The notes: generated by a model from the letters alone, not told the origin. 32,000 nt of DNA from Promethearchaeum syntrophicum (GCF_008000775.2 NZ_CP042905.2:2580001-2612000), one strand, 5' to 3'. Numbered from the stretch's first letter, positions 1-12,900 are shown. A program made the numbers and translations.

Positions 1-2
1 TT

Positions 3-977
3 TCTTTTAACTCTTTGGATTCTGTCCCAGCTCCTTATGCTTTTCTAAATAATTTACTTAACCGATTTTTTCCCCCCTCAGAAAAAGATCCTATCATTCC
101 TCTTGATAACCACGAATTCCGGGTAAATTTATATACCGGAATTTATGAATTAACTCGTAGACCTTATTCAACTATTGATAAGATATTACATCGAACCTAT
201 AGTGAAGATATTTATGAAATTACAGCGAATTCAAATGGAGAATTAAATGTTTTTGGTATTCCTTTTATTGAAATTGAACCTTTTCTTCTGCAAGATACAT
301 CTGGATATGGTCTTTATTTAGCATTTATTGTTGATGAAGAGGGTAAAATTACTCATTTCTATATGAATGACTCTCCTGTGGTAGCCTTTGAAAAATTAGC
401 TGATTATGATACAAATTCATTTCAGCTTGGTTTCTTTATTTTTATTTCTTCAATATTTGGATTGAGTATTATTTATTGGTTAAGTAAAGGAATTTTTGAA
501 CTAATCAAAGAGCGAAAGGAGCGAAAAGAACAAAAATCAAGAGATATAACAAAAGAAACGATTAATCAAAAAAACACATCAAAATCTGATGTTCAGATAT
601 CTAATGTATTCAAAGAGAAAAATAAACCAAAAATCACTTCCGGTCTTCCTTATTTATTGGTTTTTGCAGAAATCCTCATTAATATAATCTTTGGATTGCT
701 TTTATTTCCCAATTTGACGACGAGGTTTATTCCAGGATACGATTTTGAGACAAATATAAATAAAATCTTAATAATGCCAATTTTCTTCATAGTAATGGTA
801 ATTGGGACAATTATTTATGCGGTTTTAGGGTGGTTTGAATTAACAGTTGATAAATCAAAACGAAAATGGTCCCATTGGGATCAAATTCATTATACAATAA
901 TTGCGATAGCAGGCATTGGATGGATTTGGTTCCTCAATTACTGGAATCTTATAGGCTTATTCTCTGAAGGAATATAA
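3..977 (+). CDS. Membrane protein of unknown function, 5'-truncated by the window edge (soluble N-part, then ~4 TM helices with a K/E-rich linker)
   Basis: The frame is open from nt 3, with no in-frame stop before the TTG at 15 used by the ORF track, so the true start lies upstream of the window. Hydrophobic segments: FQLGFFIFISSIFGLSIIYWL, LPYLLVFAEILINIIFGLLLF, ILIMPIFFIVMVIGTIIYAVLGWF, YTIIAIAGIGWIWFLNYW. No family motif recognised. Confidence 0.6.
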   Translation, partial: SFNSLDSVPAPYAFLNNLLNRFFPPSEKDPIIPLDNHEFRVNLYTGIYELTRRPYSTIDKILHRTYSEDIYEITANSNGELNVFGIPFIEIEPFLLQDTSGYGLYLAFIVDEEGKITHFYMNDSPVVAFEKLADYDTNSFQLGFFIFISSIFGLSIIYWLSKGIFELIKERKERKEQKSRDITKETINQKNTSKSDVQISNVFKEKNKPKITSGLPYLLVFAEILINIIFGLLLFPNLTTRFIPGYDFETNINKILIMPIFFIVMVIGTIIYAVLGWFELTVDKSKRKWSHWDQIHYTIIAIAGIGWIWFLNYWNLIGLFSEGI

Positions 978-1074
978 AATAACCAGCTAAGAATTCTAGA
1001 CTAAATAAATTGAAATTTCATACGTAAACAATTTTTTTTTAAAAGTGTAAAAATAAACGGAAAGGAAAAAAATA

Positions 1075-1872
1075 ATGGAAAATAATGAATCTGTATTGGT
1101 AAATGTCGAATCATTATCAAAATCTTTTGAAAATGTGCAAGCTGTAGATAATCTCTCATTTCAAATTCGAAAAGGAGAAATTTATGGATTGTTAGGACCA
1201 AACGGGGCAGGAAAAACAACCACGATTAAATTAATTTTAGGTTTATTAGAGGCTGATGCTGGAGATATAACAGTTTTAGGTCTTAAACCAGAAAATGATG
1301 AGGTTGAAATTAAGAACCAGATTGGATATGTCTCTGAAGAACCATTAATTTACAAATCTTTGACACCGAAGGAATTATTTAATTTTATTGCTTCTATTCG
1401 TAAATTAGATGGTGCTAAAGTTACAATGAAGTTAGCTGAATATTTAGAAGGTTTGGGTGCAATTGAGTATTATGAACGCTTAATTTCTACTTTATCAAGA
1501 GGAAATAAACAAAAAGTACAAATAATTGCAGCAATTTTACATGATCCAGAAATTCTGATAATGGATGAACCTTTAGCAGGATTAGATGCCAAATCGGTTA
1601 AAGTTGTAAAAGAAATTGTAGATTTACATACTAAAAGAGGAGGATCTGTTCTGTTTTCCACACATATCATGGAAGTCGCTGAAGATATTTGTGATCGCAT
1701 CGGAATTATTAATGAAGGAAAATTAGTTGCAGAAGGTAATTTTGAAGAACTCCGCCAAAAAGCCAATGCTCTTGGAGAAAATGTCGATTTAGAAGACATA
1801 TTCCTAAAACTCACAGAACAAGACGAATCAATAAATGAAATTGTTGAAAAACTCCGAACCACAATGATATGA
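1075..1872 (+). CDS. ABC transporter ATP-binding protein (ABC-2-like single NBD)
   Basis: Walker A GPNGAGKTT, ABC signature LSRGNKQKV, Walker B ILIMDEP, H-loop FSTHIM; 265 aa, a typical NBD length. Confidence 0.93.
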   Translation: MENNESVLVNVESLSKSFENVQAVDNLSFQIRKGEIYGLLGPNGAGKTTTIKLILGLLEADAGDITVLGLKPENDEVEIKNQIGYVSEEPLIYKSLTPKELFNFIASIRKLDGAKVTMKLAEYLEGLGAIEYYERLISTLSRGNKQKVQIIAAILHDPEILIMDEPLAGLDAKSVKVVKEIVDLHTKRGGSVLFSTHIMEVAEDICDRIGIINEGKLVAEGNFEELRQKANALGENVDLEDIFLKLTEQDESINEIVEKLRTTMI

Positions 1873-1882
1873 GGTAAAATAA

Positions 1883-3601
1883 ATGAAAAGTAAAGAACTC
1901 TACAAAATATCGAATTATGTTTATAATGAATCTTTTTTACAATCGCATTTAGATATGTCGGGAGCGAATGTTTCTTCAGTCATGGAAAAAATGGAAAAGA
2001 ATAAGAAGTATATTAAAAATCAAGTTATTTTTACGAAAATAATAATGGTATTATATGTTTCCTTCTTAATTTTCCTTCCAATTACAGGTTATCTTCAGAT
2101 CCAAAATGCAATAAACGAAGGAGTTTCAATAACATGGGTCCTTTTTTTAGGGGGGGCAGTAAATGGAGCTTATTTTCTTTTTCAATTTGCATATCTATTA
2201 ATGTTTGGAATGTTTAGTTCTACAGGACTGTTCACAGGGAATTTATTTCACTGGATATCTACTTTGCCAATAAAAAGAAAGGACATGAATAAAATTGGAA
2301 TGATGACATTATTCCGTGTTATTGATGCACAATTTATTGCCTTAATGTTAATATTTCCCCTTGCAACTGCCATTATCACCAAAAGTATAATAATTACTCT
2401 CATTAGTCTAGGATTATCTACTCTAAATACAATTTTTTCCTTTAATGTATTGATAATTTTATCGAAAAAATTTGCAGGAGTTATTAAAGGGGCAGATTCC
2501 AATGCTAAAGGCTCTAATTTAGCGCGAATTTTATTCTTGGTTGGTTATCTAGCAACAACTATGTTTGCAGTAATAGGGATACAATTTCTTCCTGAAGTTA
2601 TCAATTCGCTATATTATCAAGTACCTCCAAACCTAGCTTTATTTGAAACTTTAAATCAATGGATTAGTTTAATCCCCTTTCCTGTAAGTGGAGGTTATTT
2701 ATTAACTAGCTTTCTAATTGGATTAAATAATGTCGGAATGAATTTAATTCTACCAATATTAGTTGGTTTGGCCATTTTCGCTCTTATAGACTATGTTATG
2801 CTTAAAAAATCTCTTAAAATCATGAATGATGTCATTATTTCAAGATCAGATTCAAAAAAGCAAAATTTCAAGGTTTCTACTGTATCAGATGTTTCAGTTA
2901 CTGTTGTTTCCCCCATTAAAGCTTTTTTTCAAAGAGATAAAAGCATGATATTAAGAGATATCCAAGCTATCATTTTTATAATTATTCCTGTGATTTTACC
3001 ATGGATACCCTTTTTTATCATGATAAGACCTGAAACAGGATTTGTTGAAATTGAAGGATTTGGGGTTATGGAATTGATTTATTGCGTGATGGGAGCAACT
3101 ATGAATATATTGGGTTTAACAATGGTTGAGAAATCCGGAGCAACGATTAATGCTTCATTACCTATCATTGTACGTGATCAAGTTAAAGCAAGGTTGAAAT
3201 GGGCATTTAGTATAATACCTTTGGGTACTTTACTTCCAGTTGTTATGTACATTGGAAATTCTCTTTTTTGGGATGTCTTCATTATCCAAATTTCAATTTC
3301 TTTTGTTGGCTTACTAATTGGAACATTCTCATTATTATTGTGGATTAGATTATTTGGAAAAATGAAAAAAAAATATGTTTTAGACGAAATCCATTTTAGA
3401 TATAAGATTGCAAAAAATATTTTAATTGTTGTTATAGACTTCATTCTCTTGGTGCTTCTTACTATCGGTTTTGTAATATTGTTAAATTCTTGGAATCTTA
3501 GTAAATTTTCTATAATAATTTTCCCGATTGAATTAGTTCTGGCATTAATTTTATATCTTGTATATAACAAAATGTTTCCCAAACCAAAAAAAATCAATTA
3601 A
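1883..3601 (+). CDS. Large polytopic membrane protein, putative permease partner of the ABC ATPase
   Basis: The ATG lies 11 nt after the ATPase stop, with GAGGT about 8 nt upstream, which suggests operon coupling. The 572-aa protein has ten or more hydrophobic helices. The permease role is inferred from context only; no family motif recognised. Confidence 0.7.
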   Translation: MKSKELYKISNYVYNESFLQSHLDMSGANVSSVMEKMEKNKKYIKNQVIFTKIIMVLYVSFLIFLPITGYLQIQNAINEGVSITWVLFLGGAVNGAYFLFQFAYLLMFGMFSSTGLFTGNLFHWISTLPIKRKDMNKIGMMTLFRVIDAQFIALMLIFPLATAIITKSIIITLISLGLSTLNTIFSFNVLIILSKKFAGVIKGADSNAKGSNLARILFLVGYLATTMFAVIGIQFLPEVINSLYYQVPPNLALFETLNQWISLIPFPVSGGYLLTSFLIGLNNVGMNLILPILVGLAIFALIDYVMLKKSLKIMNDVIISRSDSKKQNFKVSTVSDVSVTVVSPIKAFFQRDKSMILRDIQAIIFIIIPVILPWIPFFIMIRPETGFVEIEGFGVMELIYCVMGATMNILGLTMVEKSGATINASLPIIVRDQVKARLKWAFSIIPLGTLLPVVMYIGNSLFWDVFIIQISISFVGLLIGTFSLLLWIRLFGKMKKKYVLDEIHFRYKIAKNILIVVIDFILLVLLTIGFVILLNSWNLSKFSIIIFPIELVLALILYLVYNKMFPKPKKIN

Positions 3602-3908
3602 AATCCTAATATAGTGACTTTTGTCATTATTTTTTCTTTTTAAATTTAGCTTTCTTCTTCTTAATCTTAATTTTTCTCAGAAGTCAATCCATTTTTTCAG
3701 TCTCGAACTTTAAGATGTTTTTTGAAAATTTTTCATAATGTTATAATTTATAGCGCTAGGACCAATTATTATAACTAATTAAATAATTGGTTAGTCTGCT
3801 GTAACTCAATTAAAGAATTTATTACAGCTTGTAGAATTCGATATAAATAATCATTGAATTCGACTTATGACCTATAATTATTTGAACTACTAGAAGGAAA
3901 AGATTAAA

Positions 3909-6900
3909 ATGATTTTAACCAAGATTTTGAAAGGGAAAATCTTTCATAAAGTAAAGAAAAGATCACCTCTTACGAAATATTTATTTTCATTTTTGCTTTT
4001 TCTCTCATTTTCTGCTGTATTATCGGGAATTCAAATATATCCCACAACTCTCGATAATTTTGAAAATGGAGACCAAGCAAAAGAAGATATTTCTCATGAT
4101 TTTCTCGCAATGATTCCAAAAGCAAGTATCGGACCAACCATTGAGAATTTAACCAAAACTGATCTACTTGAATTGGGAGATTATGCAAATATTACAGTCG
4201 ACATAAACCACACCAATGGAGTGGATACAGCTTTCATCGAGATCGGTGGTACTAATTATACCATGACAAAAGGAGCTGGGGTTAACGAATATAACTATAC
4301 ATGGCAACCAAGCGCAGTGGGAAACATCCCTTTCACAATTTATGCTAATGATAGCGTTGGGGGAGAATGGAGTTCACTCCCAGAAGATTCAATCAATGTT
4401 CAAGATACAACTGGACCTTCATTATCATTTTTAACTAAAGTTAATGGTGATCCAACCGAGTTAGGAGTAAATGTTACAATTCGAATCACAGCAACCGATT
4501 TATCAACAGTTGATAGAGTATGGATCAATTTCGATGGAACTAATTACTCAATGAACTCTCTACCGGCTGATGTATACAATTATTCCGCACCACATCCAGT
4601 CGGGACTTATGGATTTACCATTTATGCCAATGATACAGAGGGGAATGAAGCAACTCCAGTTGTAAACTCCATCAGCGTTGAAGACACAATCATCCCAGAC
4701 ATAAATAATGTAGTGGAAGTTAGTGGAGATCCGGTCGAATTTGGAGATTCCATTTATATCCGAGTAAATGTAACCGATTTATCAACGATTGATGATGTCT
4801 GGATTGATTTAGATGGAACTAATTATACTATGAACTACATCAGTGATGATATGTATTATTACACTGCATCTCCGGCAGTTGGGTTACACACCTATACCAT
4901 TTATGCTAATGATACTACAGGAAATGAAGGTTCTACAGGTCCTTATACTATTACTGTATCAGATACAATTGCCCCAACAATATCGAATGTTGTGGAAGTG
5001 AGTGGAGATCCAGTCGAATTTAATGGAGCTATCTATATCAGAGTTAATGTAACCGATTTATCAGGTGTTGATGATGTCTGGATTGATTTAGATGGAACCA
5101 ATTATACTATGATCTACATCAGTGATGATATGTATTATTACACTACATCTCCGGCAATTGGGTTGCACACCTATACAATTTATGCTAACGATACTGAAGG
5201 AAATGAAGGTTCTACAATTGCTTATACTATTACTGTATCAGATACAATTGCCCCAACAATATCGAATGTTGTGGAAGTGAGTGGAGATCCAGTCGAATTT
5301 AATGGAGCTATCTATATCAGAGTTAATGTAACCGATTTATCAGGTGTTGATGATGTCTGGATTGATTTAGATGGAACCAATTATACTATGATCTACATCA
5401 GTGATGATATGTATTATTACACTACATCTCCGGCAATTGGGTTGCACACCTATACCATTTATGCTAACGATACTGAAGGAAATGAAGGTTCTACAATTGC
5501 TTATACTATTACTGTATCAGATACAATTGCCCCAACAATATCGAATGTTGTGGAAGTGAGTGGAGATCCAGTCGAATTTAATGGAGCTATCTATATCAGA
5601 GTTAATGTAACCGATTTATCGGGTGTTGATGATGTCTGGATTGATTTAGATGGAACCAATTATACTATGATCTACATCAGTGATGATATGTATTATTACA
5701 CTACATCTCCGGCAATTGGGTTGCACACCTATACCATTTATGCTAACGATACTGAAGGAAATGAAGGAGCCACATTGGCTGATACAATCACCGTGGAAGA
5801 CACTATCGATCCGGTATTAGATGTTCCGGTTGAAGTGAGTGGAGATCCTGTCGAATTTAATGGAGCCATCTATATCAGAGTTAATGTAACCGATTTATCA
5901 ACGATTGATGATGTGTGGATCGATTTAGATGGGACCAATTACACCATGATCTACATCAGTGATGATATGTATTATTACACTACATCTCCGGCAGTTGGGT
6001 TACACACTTATACCATTTATGCTAACGATACTGAAGGAAATGAAGGTTCTACAGGTCCTTATACAATCACCGTAGAAGACACTATCGATCCGGTATTAGA
6101 TGTTCCGGTTGAAGTGAGTGGAGATCCGGTTGAATTTAATGGAGCCATCTATATCAGAGTTAATGTAACCGATTTATCAACGATTGATGATGTCTGGATT
6201 GATTTAGATGGAACTAATTATACTATGAACTACATCAGTGATGATATGTATTATTACACTGCATCTCCGGCAGTTGGGTTACACACTTATACAATATATG
6301 CTAATGATACTTCAGGAAATGAAGGTTCTACAGGTCCTTATACTATTACTGTATCAGATACAATTGCCCCAACAATATCGAATGTTGAGGAAGTGAGTGG
6401 AGATCCGGTTGAATTTAATGGAGCCATCTATATCAGAGTAAACGTGACCGATATATCAGGTGTTGATGATGTCTGGATTGATTTCGATGGAACCAATTAT
6501 ACTATGATCTACATTAGTGATGATATGTATTATTACACTACATCTCCGGCAATTGGGTTGCACACCTATACCATTTATGCTAACGATACTGAAGGAAATG
6601 AAGGTTCTACAATTGCTTATACTATTACTGTATCAGATACAATTGCCCCAACAATATCGAATGTTGTGGAAGTGAGTGGAGATCCGGTTGAATTTAATGG
6701 AGCTATCTATATCAGAGTTAATGTAACCGATTTATCAGGTGTAGATGATGTCTGGATTGATTTAGATGGAACCAATTATACTATGATCTACATCAGTGAT
6801 GATATGTATTATTACACTGCATCTCCAGCAGTTGGGTTACACACCTATACCATTTATGCTAATGATACCGAAGGAAATGAAGGAGCCACATTGGCTGATA

Positions 6901-9900
6901 CAATCACCGTAGAAGACACTATCGATCCGGTATTAGATGTTCCGGTTGAAGTGAGTGGTGATCCTGTCGAATTTAATGGAGCCATCTATATCAGAGTTAA
7001 TGTAACCGATTTATCAACGATTGATGATGTGTGGATCGATTTAGATGGGACCAATTACACCATGATCTACATCAGTGATGATATGTATTATTACACTACA
7101 TCTCCGGCAGTTGGGTTACACACTTATACCATTTATGCTAACGATACTGAAGGAAATGAAGGTTCTACAGGTCCTTATACAATCACCGTAGAAGACACTA
7201 TCGATCCGGTATTAGATGTTCCGGTTGAAGTGAGTGGTGATCCTGTCGAATTTAATGGAGCCATCTATATCAGAGTTAATGTAACCGATTTATCAACGAT
7301 TGATGATGTGTGGATCGATTTAGATGGGACCAATTACACCATGATCTACATCAGTGATGATATGTATTATTACACTACATCTCCGGCAGTTGGGTTACAC
7401 ACTTATACCATTTATGCTAACGATACTGAAGGAAATGAAGGTTCTACAGGTCCTTATACAATCACCGTAGAAGACACTATCGATCCGGTATTAGATGTTC
7501 CGGTTGAAGTGAGTGGAGATCCGGTTGAATTTAATGGAGCCATCTATATCAGAGTTAATGTAACCGATTTATCAACGATTGATGATGTCTGGATTGATTT
7601 AGATGGAACTAATTATACTATGAACTACATCAGTGATGATATGTATTATTACACTGCATCTCCGGCAGTTGGGTTACACACTTATACAATATATGCTAAT
7701 GATACTTCAGGAAATGAAGGTTCTACAGGTCCTTATACTATTACTGTATCAGATACAATTGCCCCAACAATATCGAATGTTGAGGAAGTGAGTGGAGACC
7801 CGACCCAATCAGGATCAAATGTCTATATTCGAGTAAATGTGTCCGATTTATCAACGATTGATGATGTCTGGATCGATTTCGATGGAACCAATTATACTAT
7901 GATCTACATTAGTGATGATATGTATTACTTCTCTAGCTTGTATGTTATCGGAACATATCCTTATTCAATTTATGCTAATGATACATACGGTAACCAAGAT
8001 TCACTTACTGGTTTCGATATTGAGGTTTCAGATACAACACCACCTATAATCTCAAATATTGTTGAAGTAAGTAATGATCCAACAGAATTCAATAGTGATA
8101 TTTATATACGTGTTAATGTAACCCATCCTGTTGGAGTTGATGATGTATGGATTGAATTTAATGGAATTAATTTCACTATGACACCATTGGGAGGGATTAT
8201 GTATTATTACACGGCAACATACGGTATAAACACCTACTCATATACAATTTATTCGAATAGTACAATCGGAATTGAAGGTTCCTCAGGACCTTATACTATC
8301 ACTGTTTCAGACAATACTGATCCTTCCTTAGATATTCCTGTTGAAGTGAGTGGAGATCCAGTCGAATTTAATGGAGCCATCTATATCCGAGTTAATGTAA
8401 CCGATTTATCAACAATTGATGATGTCTGGATTGATTTAGATGGAACCAATTATACTATGATCTACATCAGTGATGATATGTATTATTACACTGCATCTCC
8501 AGCGGTTGGAATATACACTTATACCATTTATGCCAACGACACCTACGAGAATGAAGGTTCTACAGGTCCTTATACAATCACCATAGAAGACACTATCGAT
8601 CCAGTTTTATCCAATGTTGTGGAAGTGAGTGGAGATCCAGTCGAATTTAATGGAGCCATCTATATCAGAGTTAATGTAACCGATTTATCAACGATTGATG
8701 ATGTGTGGATCGATTTAGATGGGACCAATTACACCATGATCTACATCAGTGATGATATGTATTATTACACTACATCTCCGGCAGTTGGGTTACACACTTA
8801 TACCATTTATGCTAACGATACTGAAGGAAATGAAGGTTCTACAGGTCCTTATACAATCACCGTAGAAGACACTATCGATCCGGTATTAGATGTTCCGGTT
8901 GAAGTGAGTGGAGATCCGGTTGAATTTAATGGAGCCATCTATATCAGAGTTAATGTAACCGATTTATCAACGATTGATGATGTGTGGATCGATTTAGATG
9001 GGACCAATTACACCATGATCTACATCAGTGATGATATGTATTATTACACTACATCTCCGGCAGTTGGGTTACACACTTATACCATTTATGCTAACGATAC
9101 TGAAGGAAATGAAGGTTCTACAGGTCCTTATACAATCACCGTAGAAGACACTATCGATCCGGTATTAGATGTTCCGGTTGAAGTGAGTGGAGATCCGGTT
9201 GAATTTAATGGAGCCATCTATATCAGAGTTAATGTAACCGATTTATCAACGATTGATGATGTGTGGATCGATTTAGATGGGACCAATTACACCATGATCT
9301 ACATCAGTGATGATATGTATTATTACACTACATCTCCGGCAGTTGGGTTACACACTTATACCATTTATGCTAACGATACTGAAGGAAATGAAGGTTCTAC
9401 AGGTCCTTATACAATCACCGTAGAAGACACTATCGATCCGGTATTAGATGTTCCGGTTGAAGTGAGTGGAGATCCGGTTGAATTTAATGGAGCCATCTAT
9501 ATCAGAGTTAATGTAACCGATTTATCAACGATTGATGATGTGTGGATCGATTTAGATGGGACCAATTACACCATGATCTACATCAGTGATGATATGTATT
9601 ATTACACTACATCTCCGGCAGTTGGGTTACACACTTATACCATTTATGCTAACGATACTGAAGGAAATGAAGGTTCTACAGGTCCTTATACAATCACCGT
9701 AGAAGACACTATCGATCCGGTATTAGATGTTCCGGTTGAAGTGAGTGGAGATCCGGTTGAATTTAATGGAGCCATCTATATCAGAGTTAATGTAACCGAT
9801 TTATCAACGATTGATGATGTGTGGATCGATTTAGATGGGACCAATTACACCATGATCTACATCAGTGATGATATGTATTATTACACTACATCTCCGGCAG

Positions 9901-12900
9901 TTGGGTTACACACTTATACCATTTATGCTAACGATACTGAAGGAAATGAAGGTTCTACAGGTCCTTATACAATCACCGTAGAAGACACTATCGATCCGGT
10001 ATTAGATGTTCCGGTTGAAGTGAGTGGAGATCCGGTTGAATTTAATGGAGCCATCTATATCAGAGTTAATGTAACCGATTTATCAACGATTGATGATGTG
10101 TGGATCGATTTAGATGGGACCAATTACACCATGATCTACATCAGTGATGATATGTATTATTACACTACATCTCCGGCAGTTGGGTTACACACCTATACCA
10201 TTTATGCTAATGATACCGAAGGAAATGAAGGAGCCACATTGGCTGATACAATCACCGTAGAAGACACTATCGATCCGGTATTAGATGTTCCGGTTGAAGT
10301 GAGTGGAGATCCGGTTGAATTTAATGGAGCCATCTATATCAGAGTTAATGTAACCGATTTATCAACGATTGATGATGTCTGGATTGATTTAGATGGAACT
10401 AATTATACTATGAACTACATCAGTGATGATATGTATTATTACACTGCATCTCCGGCAGTTGGGTTACACACTTATACAATATATGCTAATGATACTTCAG
10501 GAAATGAAGGTTCTACAGGTCCTTATACTATTACTGTATCAGATACAATTGCCCCAACAATATCGAATGTTGAGGAAGTGAGTGGAGACCCGACCCAATC
10601 AGGATCAAATGTCTATATTCGAGTAAATGTGTCCGATTTATCAACGATTGATGATGTCTGGATCGATTTCGATGGAACCAATTATACTATGATCTACATT
10701 AGTGATGATATGTATTACTTCTCTAGCTTGTATGTTATCGGAACATATCCTTATTCAATTTATGCTAATGATACATACGGTAACCAAGATTCACTTACTG
10801 GTTTCGATATTGAGGTTTCAGATACAACACCACCTATAATCTCAAATATTGTTGAAGTAAGTAATGATCCAACAGAATTCAATAGTGATATTTATATACG
10901 TGTTAATGTAACCCATCCTGTTGGAGTTGATGATGTATGGATTGAATTTAATGGAATTAATTTCACTATGACACCATTGGGAGGGATTATGTATTATTAC
11001 ACGGCAACATACGGTATAAACACCTACTCATATACAATTTATTCGAATAGTACAATCGGAATTGAAGGTTCCTCAGGACCTTATACTATCACTGTTTCAG
11101 ACAATACTGATCCTTCCTTAGATATTCCTGTTGAAGTGAGTGGAGATCCAGTCGAATTTAATGGAGCCATCTATATCAGAGTTAATGTAACCGATTTATC
11201 AACGATTGATGATGTGTGGATCGATTTAGATGGGACCAATTACACCATGATCTACATCAGTGATGATATGTATTATTACACTGCATCTCCGGCAGTTGGG
11301 TTACACACTTATACCATTTATGCTAACGATACCGAAGGAAATGAAGGTTCTACAGGTCCTTATACAATCACCGTAGAAGACACTATCGATCCGGTCTTAT
11401 CCAATGTTGTGGAAGTGAGTGGAGATCCAGTCGAATTTAATGGAGCCATCTATATCAGAGTTAATGTAACCGATTTATCAACAATTAATGATGTCTGGAT
11501 TGATTTAGATGGAACCAATTATACTATGATCTACATCAGTGATGATATGTATTATTACACCACATCTCCGGCAGTTGCGGTGCACACCTATACCATTTAT
11601 GCTAATGATACTGAAGGAAATGAAGGTTCTACAGGTCCTTATACAATCACCATAGAAGACACTATTGGCCCTATTTTATCAAACTTAGTCGAAGTGAGTG
11701 GTGATCCAACCCAATCCGGTCAAGATATATATATCCGTCTAAATGTATCTGATTTCTCAACTTTAGACGATGTATGGATCGATTTTGATGGAATAAATTA
11801 TACGATGACTCCACTGAGTGGTGATATGTATTACTACACAGATTCTTATGGTTTCGGTGTGTATTCGTATACAATCTATGCTAATGATACTTATGGTAAC
11901 ACAGCCTCAATATTAGGCCCAGATATTACAGTTACGGATATAACTGCACCTATTATATCTAATTTAGTTGAAGTTAGTGGCGATCCTGTTGAATTTAATG
12001 GATCAATTTATATTCGGATAAATGTGACAGATCCATCAGGAGTAGATTCTGTGTGGATCGATTTCGATGGGACAAATTACACGATGACTTCACTAAGTGG
12101 TGATATGTATTATTACTCTACTTCACCTGCTGTTGGTACCCATAATTATACTATATATGCAAATGATACATATGGAAATGAGGGTATGATTTCAGGAGAT
12201 ATTTCAGTATCAGAAATTGTCCAATCTATTATCATCTTCGACCTTACTGATTATGCTACAGATTCATTAGCTGCTGATTCTGATTTTAATGTATCCTTAC
12301 CAATTGATAATAGCAGTACGATGGACTGGGCAAAAGTATATTTTATAATTGTTTCTGGACCTAGTTCTGCAGCACCAGGTGATAATTGGACGCCAATTGA
12401 TCTTGTAAATGGCCAAGCAACTATTTCATCAGAATACTATGATTCTGGAGATACACTATCCTACTATTTTGAAATCAGAGATACTGATGGGAATATCTTT
12501 TATGTTTTCAGTTCGGGAATAAGTACGAGTAATGCTACAGCTCAGACAGCTGCCTTTTCATTCGAAATAACCAATGCTACAGGAGGAACACCACTACCTT
12601 TTGATATCATGCAATATCTGCCTTATATATTAGGAGGTGTGGGAGTATTAGCGGTCATTTTAGTTTCTGTAGGAATCAAAAAATCGGCATCAAAGAGATC
12701 TATTTCTAAGAAAGATCTCCGCAATATGAAGGAAGCGGGTGATGCTGCAAAAGAATTACTTGAACGACAGAAAACCATACAAAAAGAAGCGAGTTATGCA
12801 GAGAAGAATAAGGATTATTACACAGTGGTTTTATTGTATGAAAAATTAATCGAAATTGCCGATGCCTTGTTCAAATTTGGTCGACCGGAAGCAGCAGATG

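Noticed and set aside
1001-3597. Minus-strand ORFs 1001..1219, 1470..1862, 2248..2502 and 3178..3597
   Set aside because: They lie antisense to the well-supported ABC ATPase and permease genes. Their low-complexity translations contain no motifs. These are typical shadow ORFs in AT-rich DNA.
4155-12245. The regular 279-bp repeats, and the 9-bp GGTAGCAA repeats at 30480-30505, as a possible CRISPR array
   Set aside because: The 279-bp units are contiguous, in-frame coding repeats without spacers. The 9-bp iterons are far too short, and they are head-to-tail or irregularly spaced. No cas genes are present in the window.
4713-12245. A calcium-binding DxDxDG-type loop in the conserved WIDLDGTNY segment of each repeat
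   Set aside because: Only D-x-D-G is present, not the full D-x-D-x-D-G or EF-hand-like ligand set. The many acidic residues make metal binding plausible, but the sequence alone does not support the claim.
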